Assembly (NCBI GenBank): GCA_964016885.1 | Contig: OZ024747.1 | Coordinates: 32,178,001-32,242,000 of the forward strand | DNA from: Eledone cirrhosa | Lineage: Eukaryota | Length of the DNA stretch: 64,000 bases | Direction: 5' to 3' | Shown here: in pieces, positions 51,317 to 63,800 of the stretch | How positions within the stretch are numbered: position 1 is the first letter of the stretch | Layout: every line of letters begins with the position of its first letter | The notes under the pieces: generated by a model | Seen by the model: only the letters and a program-made list of their open reading frames with translations | Databases searched by the model: none | What the model was told of the DNA's origin: nothing | Made by a program: the position numbers and the translations under genes

Positions 51317-53518
51317 TCACGGAGGTTTGAATCTTATGAATTTAGTGGCTATTCTATGCCTGCAGAAGATAGATCTTTCTAACTTATTATTAAGTAGTCT
51401 TTTAACATTTCTAAGGATATACAATAGCTCAAGATCACACAGCCCGCAATAGGACATACCTGTACTATAGGTTTTAGCAGCCGACAACTTCGACCAGTTG
51501 ATAGTGTAGCTAGCGTTGCTGTCCTTCAATTCCCATATTTTTCTGGCGAGGGTGGTGGAACCCATAAGAGCTCGGTTTTTCATCGAGTGCCTGTGCACAT
51601 ACCATCTTTTCTTAAAAGAACCCGCGGTGGATCCTATGTAATTCCAAGTGGAGTTACCCGAGATGACAGTGCACATGTACACCAGGCTCGAATCGAGACA
51701 TCTATTCGCCAATGGGCACCTATCTGGGAGGTGACAGTTGCAGTTTGAGGCGCTATTATGTGCAGCTTTTACATTCCTATTTAGTACCCTGTTATAAGTG
51801 GGTTGTGATATATGCCCAATGGGGTTTTGCTGCTGCGCGTTTGTATGCGCTTGTGGTTGTGATGTTGTGATGAGTTTGTGCTTATGTATAGGTGCAATTG
51901 ATTTACTTGAGATATTTCTGCGGTTGATCTTGCGTATGTGTGATTCTATGTTAGCTGCTGTTGAAAAAGAGAGTTTTATAGTAGATCTATTGAGTAGTTT
52001 GTGATATCTATGCGAGATAGGGAAGTGTTTATCTATTAGTTTAAAGAATATAGAGGGCAGTCTAGTTTTTATAGAGGAGTTGAATATTGGGTTGAACCAT
52101 AGGTATTTCCTTTGTCTGTTTCTTCTATTGTTTCTAGGGTTTACGTTATTAGTGTTTTGGCCGTTTACTCTAGGTGTTACATGTCTAACCCTATGTCTAG
52201 TCAAGCTATTCTTATTATTATGTGAGCGGTTGGAGTAGAAATTACTAGGATTGTTTATGTTGTCCTTATTCACTATATACTGTAGTTTATCTTTATGACC
52301 GGCCCTACTTAATGCTGCATTATAATAGTCAGCATGCTCGTTAAAGATTTCTAGGTTTGAGGATAGGCGGGATATTCGGAGGGATATACTACGTGCTATG
52401 GATTTAATTATGGATTTGGGGTGATTTGAGTTGTAACTAATGTAGGCAAGATTTTCATTATTTTTGTGGAAAGGTTCTATTAATCCAGTATTTAGATTTA
52501 GAGTTACATCTAGAAAATTTACCTTCTTATGGTTTAGTTCGTAGGTAATACTTAGGCCTAGTTTTTTGAAGAATATTCTAATATTTTTCCTTAGTCTTTC
52601 CATGCTCTGGTTGTTTAGGTTCCTAGCTATAAGTAACGTGTCGTCCCTATAAATTCCTCCTTGGAGGTTACTGAATTCCTTATGTAGGTTGTGTGCTATG
52701 AATAGCCCCACGATATCTGTAATTTGCGCAGAATCATTTGAACCCATTGTAATATCGAAGCTATTTATTCTATCCTTTCTTACCCAGTAGTTATTTTCAA
52801 ATTTTACGATAGTCCTTCTAGCCGCTATTATTATTTCAATTTCATCATGGGTAAGATCAGAGTTATTTTGGGCAAATATAAGCGCCTTATCTAGGGTAGC
52901 TGGGGATATGGATGCATAATAGTCGTCTATATCAAATTGTATGAAGTTACACGTATCCCTATTTTGTATTTTATTGAACCATTTAATTGCCTCGTTAGTG
53001 TTGCCCCATAGATTGATTTCTAGTTTACCCTTTATTTGTGCGATTACCCTATCTAGAATGTTTTTGCTAATTTTACCTATGTCTGACTTGGATGGGCATA
53101 TTAATCTAATGGTAGGATTAGTTTCAAAGTTATTTTTGTGATCTTTCAGGTTAAATGTAGGGTTGCACGGGGTAAGCGGTTCGGTCCTATCTGAAATTCC
53201 GAGTTTGTTAACTATCTTGAGGCCCTCCATGTTTATGCTGGTGAGTGTAGATTCATTTGTTTTTTTATATTTTTTATGTAGTTCACGCTGAATAAAGTTA
53301 TTGTATGTGTTAATGTCCATAGAGTATACGTTTGATGTTTTGTCTGCTTTTACTATGATACCGTTAGTGTCTTTTAGTTTTTTAAGTAATGTGTTTAAGT
53401 CATTTTGCAATTTGTTGTGATTTGTTCTTTTTTTAAATTTAGTTTCACTTATCATGTTCATAAGGTCCAGCTCGAAGGCATCGAGTGCGGGGTTGTTTGG
53501 CGGGTTTTTGATGAACAT
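51317..53518 (-). CDS. PLE reverse transcriptase + GIY-YIG endonuclease (Hydra-clade-like), uninterrupted, 5'-truncated
   Basis: KADKT, LKDHK, QFDIDDYY, TMGS, IYRDD, NFLDVTL, CxCx5Cx5C, VYMC..NYIG, CGLC, FCRH. Confidence 0.92.
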   Translation of the reverse strand: MFIKNPPNNPALDAFELDLMNMISETKFKKRTNHNKLQNDLNTLLKKLKDTNGIIVKADKTSNVYSMDINTYNNFIQRELHKKYKKTNESTLTSINMEGLKIVNKLGISDRTEPLTPCNPTFNLKDHKNNFETNPTIRLICPSKSDIGKISKNILDRVIAQIKGKLEINLWGNTNEAIKWFNKIQNRDTCNFIQFDIDDYYASISPATLDKALIFAQNNSDLTHDEIEIIIAARRTIVKFENNYWVRKDRINSFDITMGSNDSAQITDIVGLFIAHNLHKEFSNLQGGIYRDDTLLIARNLNNQSMERLRKNIRIFFKKLGLSITYELNHKKVNFLDVTLNLNTGLIEPFHKNNENLAYISYNSNHPKSIIKSIARSISLRISRLSSNLEIFNEHADYYNAALSRAGHKDKLQYIVNKDNINNPSNFYSNRSHNNKNSLTRHRVRHVTPRVNGQNTNNVNPRNNRRNRQRKYLWFNPIFNSSIKTRLPSIFFKLIDKHFPISHRYHKLLNRSTIKLSFSTAANIESHIRKINRRNISSKSIAPIHKHKLITTSQPQAHTNAQQQNPIGHISQPTYNRVLNRNVKAAHNSASNCNCHLPDRCPLANRCLDSSLVYMCTVISGNSTWNYIGSTAGSFKKRWYVHRHSMKNRALMGSTTLARKIWELKDSNASYTINWSKLSAAKTYSTGMSYCGLCDLELLYILRNVKRLLNNKLERSIFCRHRIATKFIRFKPP

Positions 53519-55655
53519 GATAAGTGAAACTAAATTTAAAAAAAGAACAAATCACAACAAATTGCAAAATGACTTAAACACATTACTTAAAAAACTAAAA
53601 GACACTAACGGTATCATAGTAAAAGCAGACAAAACATCAAACGTATACTCTATGGACATTAACACATACAATAACTTTATTCAGCGTGAACTACATAAAA
53701 AATATAAAAAAACAAATGAATCTACACTCACCAGCATAAACATGGAGGGCCTCAAGATAGTTAACAAACTCGGAATTTCAGATAGGACCGAACCGCTTAC
53801 CCCGTGCAACCCTACATTTAACCTGAAAGATCACAAAAATAACTTTGAAACTAATCCTACCATTAGATTAATATGCCCATCCAAGTCAGACATAGGTAAA
53901 ATTAGCAAAAACATTCTAGATAGGGTAATCGCACAAATAAAGGGTAAACTAGAAATCAATCTATGGGGCAACACTAACGAGGCAATTAAATGGTTCAATA
54001 AAATACAAAATAGGGATACGTGTAACTTCATACAATTTGATATAGACGACTATTATGCATCCATATCCCCAGCTACCCTAGATAAGGCGCTTATATTTGC
54101 CCAAAATAACTCTGATCTTACCCATGATGAAATTGAAATAATAATAGCGGCTAGAAGGACTATCGTAAAATTTGAAAATAACTACTGGGTAAGAAAGGAT
54201 AGAATAAATAGCTTCGATATTACAATGGGTTCAAATGATTCTGCGCAAATTACAGATATCGTGGGGCTATTCATAGCACACAACCTACATAAGGAATTCA
54301 GTAACCTCCAAGGAGGAATTTATAGGGACGACACGTTACTTATAGCTAGGAACCTAAACAACCAGAGCATGGAAAGACTAAGGAAAAATATTAGAATATT
54401 CTTCAAAAAACTAGGCCTAAGTATTACCTACGAACTAAACCATAAGAAGGTAAATTTTCTAGATGTAACTCTAAATCTAAATACTGGATTAATAGAACCT
54501 TTCCACAAAAATAATGAAAATCTTGCCTACATTAGTTACAACTCAAATCACCCCAAATCCATAATTAAATCCATAGCACGTAGTATATCCCTCCGAATAT
54601 CCCGCCTATCCTCAAACCTAGAAATCTTTAACGAGCATGCTGACTATTATAATGCAGCATTAAGTAGGGCCGGTCATAAAGATAAACTACAGTATATAGT
54701 GAATAAGGACAACATAAACAATCCTAGTAATTTCTACTCCAACCGCTCACATAATAATAAGAATAGCTTGACTAGACATAGGGTTAGACATGTAACACCT
54801 AGAGTAAACGGCCAAAACACTAATAACGTAAACCCTAGAAACAATAGAAGAAACAGACAAAGGAAATACCTATGGTTCAACCCAATATTCAACTCCTCTA
54901 TAAAAACTAGACTGCCCTCTATATTCTTTAAACTAATAGATAAACACTTCCCTATCTCGCATAGATATCACAAACTACTCAATAGATCTACTATAAAACT
55001 CTCTTTTTCAACAGCAGCTAACATAGAATCACACATACGCAAGATCAACCGCAGAAATATCTCAAGTAAATCAATTGCACCTATACATAAGCACAAACTC
55101 ATCACAACATCACAACCACAAGCGCATACAAACGCGCAGCAGCAAAACCCCATTGGGCATATATCACAACCCACTTATAACAGGGTACTAAATAGGAATG
55201 TAAAAGCTGCACATAATAGCGCCTCAAACTGCAACTGTCACCTCCCAGATAGGTGCCCATTGGCGAATAGATGTCTCGATTCGAGCCTGGTGTACATGTG
55301 CACTGTCATCTCGGGTAACTCCACTTGGAATTACATAGGATCCACCGCGGGTTCTTTTAAGAAAAGATGGTATGTGCACAGGCACTCGATGAAAAACCGA
55401 GCTCTTATGGGTTCCACCACCCTCGCCAGAAAAATATGGGAATTGAAGGACAGCAACGCTAGCTACACTATCAACTGGTCGAAGTTGTCGGCTGCTAAAA
55501 CCTATAGTACAGGTATGTCCTATTGCGGGCTGTGTGATCTTGAGCTATTGTATATCCTTAGAAATGTTAAAAGACTACTTAATAATAAGTTAGAAAGATC
55601 TATCTTCTGCAGGCATAGAATAGCCACTAAATTCATAAGATTCAAACCTCCGTGA
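53454..55655 (+). CDS. Second, inverted copy of the same PLE ORF (true homology starts at 53511)
   Basis: Same 713 aa from MNMISET; first 19-20 aa are antisense spacer. Confidence 0.92.
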   Translation: MFIRSSSKASSAGLFGGFLMNMISETKFKKRTNHNKLQNDLNTLLKKLKDTNGIIVKADKTSNVYSMDINTYNNFIQRELHKKYKKTNESTLTSINMEGLKIVNKLGISDRTEPLTPCNPTFNLKDHKNNFETNPTIRLICPSKSDIGKISKNILDRVIAQIKGKLEINLWGNTNEAIKWFNKIQNRDTCNFIQFDIDDYYASISPATLDKALIFAQNNSDLTHDEIEIIIAARRTIVKFENNYWVRKDRINSFDITMGSNDSAQITDIVGLFIAHNLHKEFSNLQGGIYRDDTLLIARNLNNQSMERLRKNIRIFFKKLGLSITYELNHKKVNFLDVTLNLNTGLIEPFHKNNENLAYISYNSNHPKSIIKSIARSISLRISRLSSNLEIFNEHADYYNAALSRAGHKDKLQYIVNKDNINNPSNFYSNRSHNNKNSLTRHRVRHVTPRVNGQNTNNVNPRNNRRNRQRKYLWFNPIFNSSIKTRLPSIFFKLIDKHFPISHRYHKLLNRSTIKLSFSTAANIESHIRKINRRNISSKSIAPIHKHKLITTSQPQAHTNAQQQNPIGHISQPTYNRVLNRNVKAAHNSASNCNCHLPDRCPLANRCLDSSLVYMCTVISGNSTWNYIGSTAGSFKKRWYVHRHSMKNRALMGSTTLARKIWELKDSNASYTINWSKLSAAKTYSTGMSYCGLCDLELLYILRNVKRLLNNKLERSIFCRHRIATKFIRFKPP

Positions 55656-55985
55656 ATCGAACCAACATAACATAGCTTTAAATTAGGATACCTACTACCC
55701 ACAAAAAAATATATATTCATTAAGTATACTATTTCCTTCACAAGTCTATACCACACAATAGTCTGTAAATACCTCATCTACCAACAATCTTACTCCTTTT
55801 CAGCTGCTGCAATCATTTGATCCTAGATCTTCTCATTTCACTACTACAATGTTACTTTACCTTCTTTTTGCCATATTACAATTAGCACGCTTTTCTCTTT
55901 GCATGTATGTATATTTTTGTACGAGTGTATATTAGTGTGTATGTATGTGTCTATGTACACATATATGTGTATATGTATTTATATT

Positions 55986-56025
<40 letters not shown>

Positions 56026-56384
56026 CGTAGATATATGCGTATATTAATTCGTTAACCTCTGTATTAACTCTACAACTATTGAGCTTTGACAGTGGTCCCA
56101 CTCATGTATACGGTTGAAGATGAAGAGAAAGACTGTAAAAACTAGCTTATCTTTATAATTTAAAATTGATACACACTACGATACTTTTTGCCTTATGACA
56201 GCTGGTTTTCACGCCGTAACATTAGATACATTATATACCCCCCACCTAAGTAATGTCAGGGTCTCCTTAAATAGTTTATTGATAGCATTGTTGTAATAAT
56301 TGTTGTTGTTTATTGTTCTAATTGAATGCCATAACTACTCCATATTTTCTTTTATTTTCTTGCCTGTGTATTTTCTTCATTCTC

Positions 56385-56499
56385 GCATGCTCCGAAGATC
56401 TGACTGGTTATAATTCTGTATTGGCGATCGAGTGACGCAAAATTAGGCGGATAGCGATCTCTAGACATGCCAGTTCAGTGAAACAAATGTAAGCTATGT
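56385..56499 (+). ncRNA. Variant hammerhead (CCGAAGA core, ~80-nt stem II); mirror copy at 50477-50591 minus
   Basis: CATGCT-CCGAAGA-TCTGACTGG...CCAGTTCAGT-GAAAC-AAAT-GTA/AGCTATG. Confidence 0.7.
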
Positions 56500-56727
56500 G
56501 ATTAAAAACTTTTTTGTATAGCAAACCATGTAAACCTTCTTTCCTGGTTTATTATTACTCCAAGTGTTTACAACATAGGAATTACAGCATACCCGCAGCA
56601 TCACTATGAAAACGCCTTGTTGAGTCAAACCAAGCCAAGCGTTAATATCATCCACTACCTGGAATACCATAACTGGACTTCACCTAAGTGGACTGCATTT
56701 AACTATTATTTGTTAATCCGTATATAC

Positions 56728-56784
<57 letters not shown>

Positions 56785-56785
<1 letters not shown>

Positions 56786-56940
56786 AAAAAATGAAACGAA
56801 ATTTCATTTCTCACTCTTAGTGCGGCTGGTAAATCCATACTTACATATATATATGTATGCATGTATGTATATATATACATACTACTGTACGTCTGTATAG
56901 ATATATGTATGTACGTATACATACCTATATTTAAGTAACA
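56785..56940. repeat. Internally inverted fragment of the 15398 element
   Basis: GAAAAATGAAACGAAATTTCATTTCTCACTCTTAG followed by the reverse complement of the next ~110 bp. Confidence 0.75.
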
Positions 56941-57228
56941 TATATATGCGTATATATACATATAGATATAGATATTTGTGTATTTATATATATATACACA
57001 CACATATGTATATATATATAGATACATGTGCAGCGAAGCAAATACACAAGTGGCAATGTTGAGCACTCATTTAGAACTGATATTTGTTCATTAGAACCAA
57101 ACCAAATTGACTCATTAAGCTGAAAGAATTCAATTAAAGTAGAAAAAAAAAAACACGTAATTCTCCTCTCAAACATTTTTTTTTTTTTTTCCGTAACACA
57201 AAATCCAGAGGAAAATTTACAGAAAATA

Positions 57229-57283
<55 letters not shown>

Positions 57284-58769
57284 AAAACTGAAGTTATATA
57301 CATATATACGTAAATAACAACAACAACAACAACAATAATAACAATATAATAATAATAAGTAGAAAATGTCTTAAATGAACTTGTAAGGAACTGTGTGGAG
57401 CAAGAGAACCTTTGGAATAATTAAATAACTTTAGGAAGGACAACAAAAATATATTGATTGGGAACTTCATTAAATTTGATGGCTGTGAAAGGCTAAAAAA
57501 ATAATATAATGCTTGTTCAATGGTTTAAAATCAATAAAGTGCATTAGTACAATTTGTTACTGTTGTTATTACATGTGATTAAAAGTCCTGATTCTTATCT
57601 AGTTTGTTCAGTAAATCAGTTGTTTGACAGAGTGGGATTGGCTTCTTGTTTTTTGTTTGTTTGTTTTTGTTTTATATCGTCCTATTGTTTTCGAGTTGAT
57701 CGCAGCAAATGCTGGAGCAAAAAGAAATGTGTATGTGTTTAATACCTGTGTGTAGCATCTTGAGCCTGTGTCTTTTACTAGAGCATTGGGTTAACCAATA
57801 TCTTCTATGTGAGTGTGATGAACATGAGAGAAAACTGGACAAAGGTGGTGAGAGTAGATCTCAAATGGTTGAAACTCACAAAGGAGATTATGAAGGAACA
57901 CTATGGGTGGAGAGATGTTGAGCTGAAAAAAACCATGCAAGCAATGAAAAGCAGAATTATTACTCTATTAATCTACTATGTTTTCCGGCCGACAGGCTGA
58001 GACCATGCTGGGGCACCACCATTAAACATGCTGGAAATTGAACCCAAGCTGCCTGGGTAAAAGCCAAGAATACATATATAAATATACACACATGCACACA
58101 TATCATCATTTTCCTTGCTAGCATGGGCTGGATGTGTTTACATAGACTATGTCAGTACTAAAGCAGGGCTACTGATCTCCCAAACAGACCAAGGGATCTG
58201 CATCTCATTTATATATGGTCTCACATTCCACTGAGTGCACAGGAGAGGATGTCATGTCTTTGACACAACTAAAGGGTCATCCCAACCCTTTGTTTAGCAA
58301 GCTTTCTACGGCACATTCACTTTGATAGAGGAATTAATTCATATCTTCAGTCATTGAGTGCTTAGGGACTACCTCAGATAAGTCAACTAGTGTTGCCTTA
58401 TTGCAACTTCAACTGTGATATTCGAAATTATATATAAATATATAGAGATGGCAGTATCTTTGAATATCACCACATTCTATTATGTAATCTCTGTTATATA
58501 TATAAACCTTATGAGTTATTAAAGCACTAGGAGTGAATATGTGAGCATCTTAAATGAAGAAAATAACAGTAGTTGGTCACCATAGAAAGGTGTTAAGAAA
58601 ATAAGGTCCATTACCCTGAGTGATGGGAAAACAGGTGCTTCCGCTCCTTTCTTCTCACCCCTAGGTGTAATTTATACAATTTTCTTTCCATTGTTGTCTA
58701 TAAAGATGGACTTCTATTACAGTTAATTTCTGCATTTGTGATACATTTTCATTATGTGTGTATATGTAT

Positions 58770-58958
58770 GGTGGATTGGCAGTATCGGTAGAGGGTCGGA
58801 CGCCATGCTTTGACGCATTGAGTTACGGGCCTTGCCATTCTGAGTTCAAATCCCGCTGAGGTTAACTTTGCCTTTCATCCTTACGGGGTCGATAAAATAA
58901 AGTACCATTAATACACTGGGTATTTGCTGGCCTTGTGCCAAAAAAGTAGAAACAATTA
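58770..58958 (+). mobile_element. tRNA-derived SINE (12432 family)
   Basis: GGTGGATTGGCAGTATCGGTAGA head, GAGTTCAAATCC B-box. Confidence 0.85.
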
Positions 58959-59385
58959 TGTGTGTGTATATATATGTGTGTGTATATATATATATATGCA
59001 CACTCTACTTTTCTCTTCACAGCTCTGTAAACACACACACCCGTATATTAACATACTTTTGCTTACAGCTTCGTACTTACAAACACAGACACAATCTTTT
59101 ACTTACATATACACACACATATACTCTGAACTTCATACGGACATAAAACACACACGTGCATGCACCCGCACAAGTATAGCTCTATACACAAAACAGTTTT
59201 TTTTTCCCTTTCAGGTAGACACGCTCCATCATTCACTTTTCTAAAAAAATATATCATACACAAAACGTCAGCATCAACAGTTTTCCAAGAGATGTCAACC
59301 TCAATAGACCTGTTATTTTTCTCTAAAAACATTTTTTCAAATTCCACCCAACCATCCCTTCAATCTTTCTAATTTCTCATTCTTT

Positions 59386-59420
59386 CTTCTGATGAAGGAC
59401 TAGTGTCCGAAACGTTAAGA
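59386..59420 (+). ncRNA. Minimal type-I hammerhead of PLE type
   Basis: CTT-CTGATGA-A-GGAC-TAGT-GTCC-GAAACGTT/AAG; palindromic AACGTT stem III. Confidence 0.85.
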
Positions 59421-59759
59421 CTCTCTTCCTGCTATATCAAGCGTTAACCTAATATATTCCTTCCATATACTGTACCGATTGTGTTGTTATTTCTGTTTAA
59501 CTTTTACAACTCTCTATATCTATCTATATAGATATAAATGCAAGTTTACGATTCTGTGTGTCCGCCTAAAACTAGCAAACTACCAGACCAAACTCCTCAA
59601 AATTACATGTACATATTCACTATACACTCGGACAGGTAACTGTCGAAAAAGTTTTATTTTGCAAAGCAAGGAATTCATTTAAATTCAATTTATCTTATTT
59701 TTCTAATGAATATCAAAAGAGATCATCCATTTTGTTTTTTTTATGTTCTACAGTCTGTA

Positions 59760-60130
59760 GATAAGAGAGTGAGGGATGGGAGAGAGCAAGAGAGAGAGTA
59801 AGGGATGAGAGAGAAAGAGAGAGAGAGTGGGAGATGGGAGAGAGAGAGAGTAAGGGGATGAAAGAGAAAGAGAGAGAGTGAGTGGATGGGAGAGAGAGAG
59901 TAAGGGGATGTGAGAGAGAAAGAAAGAGAGTAAGGGATGAGAGAGAGAGAGAGTGGGAGATGGGAGAGAGAGAGTAAGGGGATGTGAGAGAGAAAGAAAG
60001 AAAGAGAGGAGATGAGAAAGAGAAAGGCGAGTGAGGCGGATGGGAGAGAAAGACAATAAGAAAAGAGAAAAGATGGGAGAGACAAAAAAGTAAAGGGGCA
60101 GGAGAGAGGGAGGGTGATTGGAGGGATTCT
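59760..60130 (+). repeat. GA-rich polypurine minisatellite
   Basis: Repeated GAGAGTAAGGGGATG / GGGAGATGGGAGAGAG units. Confidence 0.85.
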
Positions 60131-60597
60131 TTACCTAACGTGTGTCCGCTTTTATATATATATTTACACACACATATGTGTGTGTTATGGTGGGGGGGGG
60201 GGGGTGTTAGCAGACGATATATGTTACCATCAAAGCTTATTTTCTACATATGTCTAAAGAAATCACAGATGCTTTTATAGAAGTTGTATATATATATTTA
60301 ACAGACAAAAAAAAGTATTTTTAAAAGATATTAATAGAATATATTATTTTCCGCTATTATTTGAATTAACACAGAAAATTCTTTTTTGTAGTGTTTGTGG
60401 GGTTTTTTTTGGAGGGGGGGGGGGGGGGGATAAAATATGATAATTTCAGAATACAATCTGAAATCCCAATATTTTCTACATATGTCTAAAATTAATTACA
60501 CCTAATATACATTCATATAAAGAGATCATTTAAAACAACTTTACTGAGTGAACAATACATTCTATAGTTGTTTCTATTTCGGAAAGAGTATGGTGTG

Positions 60598-60855
60598 TAA
60601 TAATTGTTTCTACTTTTGGCACAATGCCAGCAATTATTCCAGTGCATTACTGGTACTTTATTTTATCATGTGGTGTGTAATAATTGTTTCTACTTTTGGC
60701 ACATTACCCAGTGTATTACTGGTACTTTATTTTATCGACCCCATAAGAATGAAAGGCAAAGTTAACCTCGGCGGGATTTGAACTCAGAATTGCAAGGGCC
60801 GTAACTCAATGCCTCAAAGCATGGCGTTCGACCCTCTACTGATACTGCCAATCCG
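60598..60855 (-). mobile_element. tRNA-derived SINE (12432 family) with duplicated 3' end, nested in the Helitron
   Basis: GGTGTGTAATAATTGTTTCTACTTTTGGCAC occurs twice; same core. Confidence 0.8.
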
Positions 60856-63800
60856 TGTAATAATATCACTTCAAATGCCTAGAAAACGTTCCAGATCATT
60901 ATATGTAAGGTCATCTTCAGAGGCTAAGAGAAAGAAAACACAATGATCTGAAGAAATTGAAGAGGTTTGGCATGCCCGTCTAGCTGCTAACAGAGCCCAA
61001 ACAGCTTTAGCACGAGCACACTGTTTGGATGAAAGGGAACAAAGGACTGCTGCTACACGAGAACCACAAATTAAGGAACAGCAGCAAATCAGACGAAATG
61101 CTAATCAAGCACATTGTTCTACTGCCCAAGCAGGAGAACAAGCCACAAGTAAAATGAACTGGCTGATGGGTGCTTTTTCTTATGACCCCCAAAAGGACTA
61201 CAGCAGTAATCCACAAATCAGCATTGGGAAAATGAACAAATGCTGCCAGTATTGTGGTGCCAAGAAGTGGGCAGCAGAAACACCAAGTCTATGCTGCTCA
61301 AAAGGCAAAGTGAGCCTTAAAACAATACAAGAACCTCCTGAATTTCTGAAGAATCTGCTCCTTCAGCATACTCCAGAAGCACAACACTTCAATAAATACA
61401 TCATAAAATATAATTCTGCCTTTCAAATGACATCTGTTGGGGCTGACAGGAATGTGACTGACTTTAGATTCTGTACAACTTAAAAAATTCAGGGACAGTG
61501 TTACTACTTAATGGGTGGCCTTCTGCTAGTTTCACATGAGCCTCACAAATTTGTGCAGGTTTACTTCATGGGTGAAAATGAAACACAGGCACAACAAAGA
61601 TGTACAAATGTCCATGGTGGATTGCAGTTCTACATAGTGGATTGCAGCTATACATAGGTGGATTGCAGTTGTACATAGTCATAATGTTATAAGAAATGCT
61701 TCACCAACATCACATGTATGTCAGTGTATTTTAATATGCACTGGAGCATATGAACAACACCAGAGATCGTAAAATCATCATTAGGGCAGACAAACGCCAA
61801 GTTTCAGAACATGAACGCAGATTCAATGCACCTGTCACTGATGAAGTTGCAATCATAATGGCTGATGAACAGCATGAACGATGTGACATTGTTTTTCAAA
61901 AACAAAGTTGACATTTGGAGCGAATTTGTGAAACTCATAGAGCCTATGATTCACTCCAAAATTCGCTCATCTTTTGGAATGGTCAAGATGGATATCATTT
62001 TCAGCTACGGCAGATCAGCCCAGGAACGGGACAAGAAACTGGCCGATCAATCAGCTGCAAAGAATTCTATGCTTATCATTTCATGGTAAGTGATCACTTC
62101 AACCAAGCTCTGTGATTCAAAGAAGTAACCAGCCAGTTCATGGTGGACATGTATGCCAAAATTGAAACAGAAAGATTGGGTTTTCTGCGAAGGAATCAAA
62201 CTAAGTTGAGGGCAGATAATTACATCCACCTTAGAGATGCCATCAATTCTGATGTTGACCCAAGAAATATTGGCCAGCCAGTCATACTACCATCAAGCTT
62301 CACAGGAGGACTACGTTACATGCATGAACGTACACAAGATGCAATGGCCTATGTCAGAAAATTTGGTCGGCCAGATCTCTTCATTACATTTACATGCAAT
62401 TCAAACTGGTCAGAAATATCAAATGAATTATTTCAAAATCAAAAACCAAAGGATCGACATGACCTCATTGCTTGGGTTTTCCATGAAAAGCAAAAAACAA
62501 CTCATCTGGCTCTTTAAAAGAAGGAAGAATCTTTGGTGAGTTTAGTGCTTGGATGACCACTATTGAGTGGCAGAAGAGAGGTCTTCTTCACTCTCACACA
62601 CTAATCAGGTGCAAAGAGAAGATAAGACCAGATGATGTTGATAAGATCATTTCAGCAGAGTTGCCTGATAAAGGTGGTGATCCAGAACTCTTTGAAACCA
62701 TCAAGTCCAAACTCATTCATGGTCCATGTGGAGTCATCAATCCAGCCTCTCCCTGCATGAAAGATAAAAAATGTAACAAACATTATCCAAGAGCTTTTAT
62801 TCGGGAAACTCGGACTGACAATAATGGGTCCCCCCTTTATCGTAGGCATAGACCAGAACATGGAGGCAATACTGCAAGCCTAACAGTTCGAGGAGAGGAG
62901 CTGACCATAAACAATCAGTGGGTGCGTCCCACACAACAAATTGTTGTGTACACTTTTAAAAGTTCATATCAATGTTGAGTATTGCAGCTCCGTCAAGGCA
63001 ATCCTATATGTCACAAAATATATCAACAAGCGCAGTGACATGGCTACCTTTATTACTGAGAAAGAACTCAATGATGGTGGGCTGGATGAGGTCAAACAGT
63101 ATCAAACAGGTCGATACATCTCCAACAATGAAGCTATCTGGCGAATCTTTGGATTTGATATCCACCAATGCCATCCAACAGTGGTCAACCCCACAGTCCA
63201 TCTGGAAAATGGACAGAGAGTGTACTTCACAGATCACTGCTTATCAGCTGGAACAAGCATCACATGACACTACACTAACTGCTTTCTTTAAACTCTGCCA
63301 GAATGATGAATTTTCTCGATCCCTCCTATATGCTGAAGTCCCAACATACTACACCTGGACCTATTGCAAGACCTGGAATCGAAGAAAGCAGGTCATTTAG
63401 TGGAAGGTCATGAAGTCAAGTCAAGTGATGCTATTGGGCGTGTTTACAATGTCCATCCCAACAACCAAGAATGTTTTTATTTACAGCTACTTCTGCATAC
63501 TGTTCGAGGAACAAGGTCATTTGAGGATCTTAGGTGCTTCAGAGGAAGGGAGTGCGCAACATACCAAGAAGCATGTAAACAGTATGGACTCCTACATGAC
63601 AATGGACACTGGAAGAAGTGCCTAGAAGAAGCAGCAATCACTCAAGTAGCCAGTCAAATAAGACAATTATTTGCTATTATGCTCACAGCATGTGGAATTG
63701 ATGAAGCTCATCTACCCTGGTAGGAGTACAAAAACAATATGTCGGACGACTATCTACACCTAGCCTGAAGACATCATGGCAATATGTATATGGAATATAC

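Larger units (their letters stand above)
50430..56546. repeat. ~6.1-kb palindrome: arms 50430-53461 and 53511-56546, 49-bp spacer
   Basis: Identical translations in both arms; few differences (one substitution near 51172/55798, microsatellite length). Confidence 0.95.

Noticed and set aside
53454-53510. Distinct N-terminus of the plus-strand 733-aa ORF
   Set aside because: It is the antisense of the spacer and left arm, not a real PLE start; the element is 5'-truncated.
51317-55655. Telomerase, retron or group II intron RT
   Set aside because: The C-terminal GIY-YIG domain, CxCx5Cx5C linker and HHR-bearing UTR identify it as a Penelope-like element.
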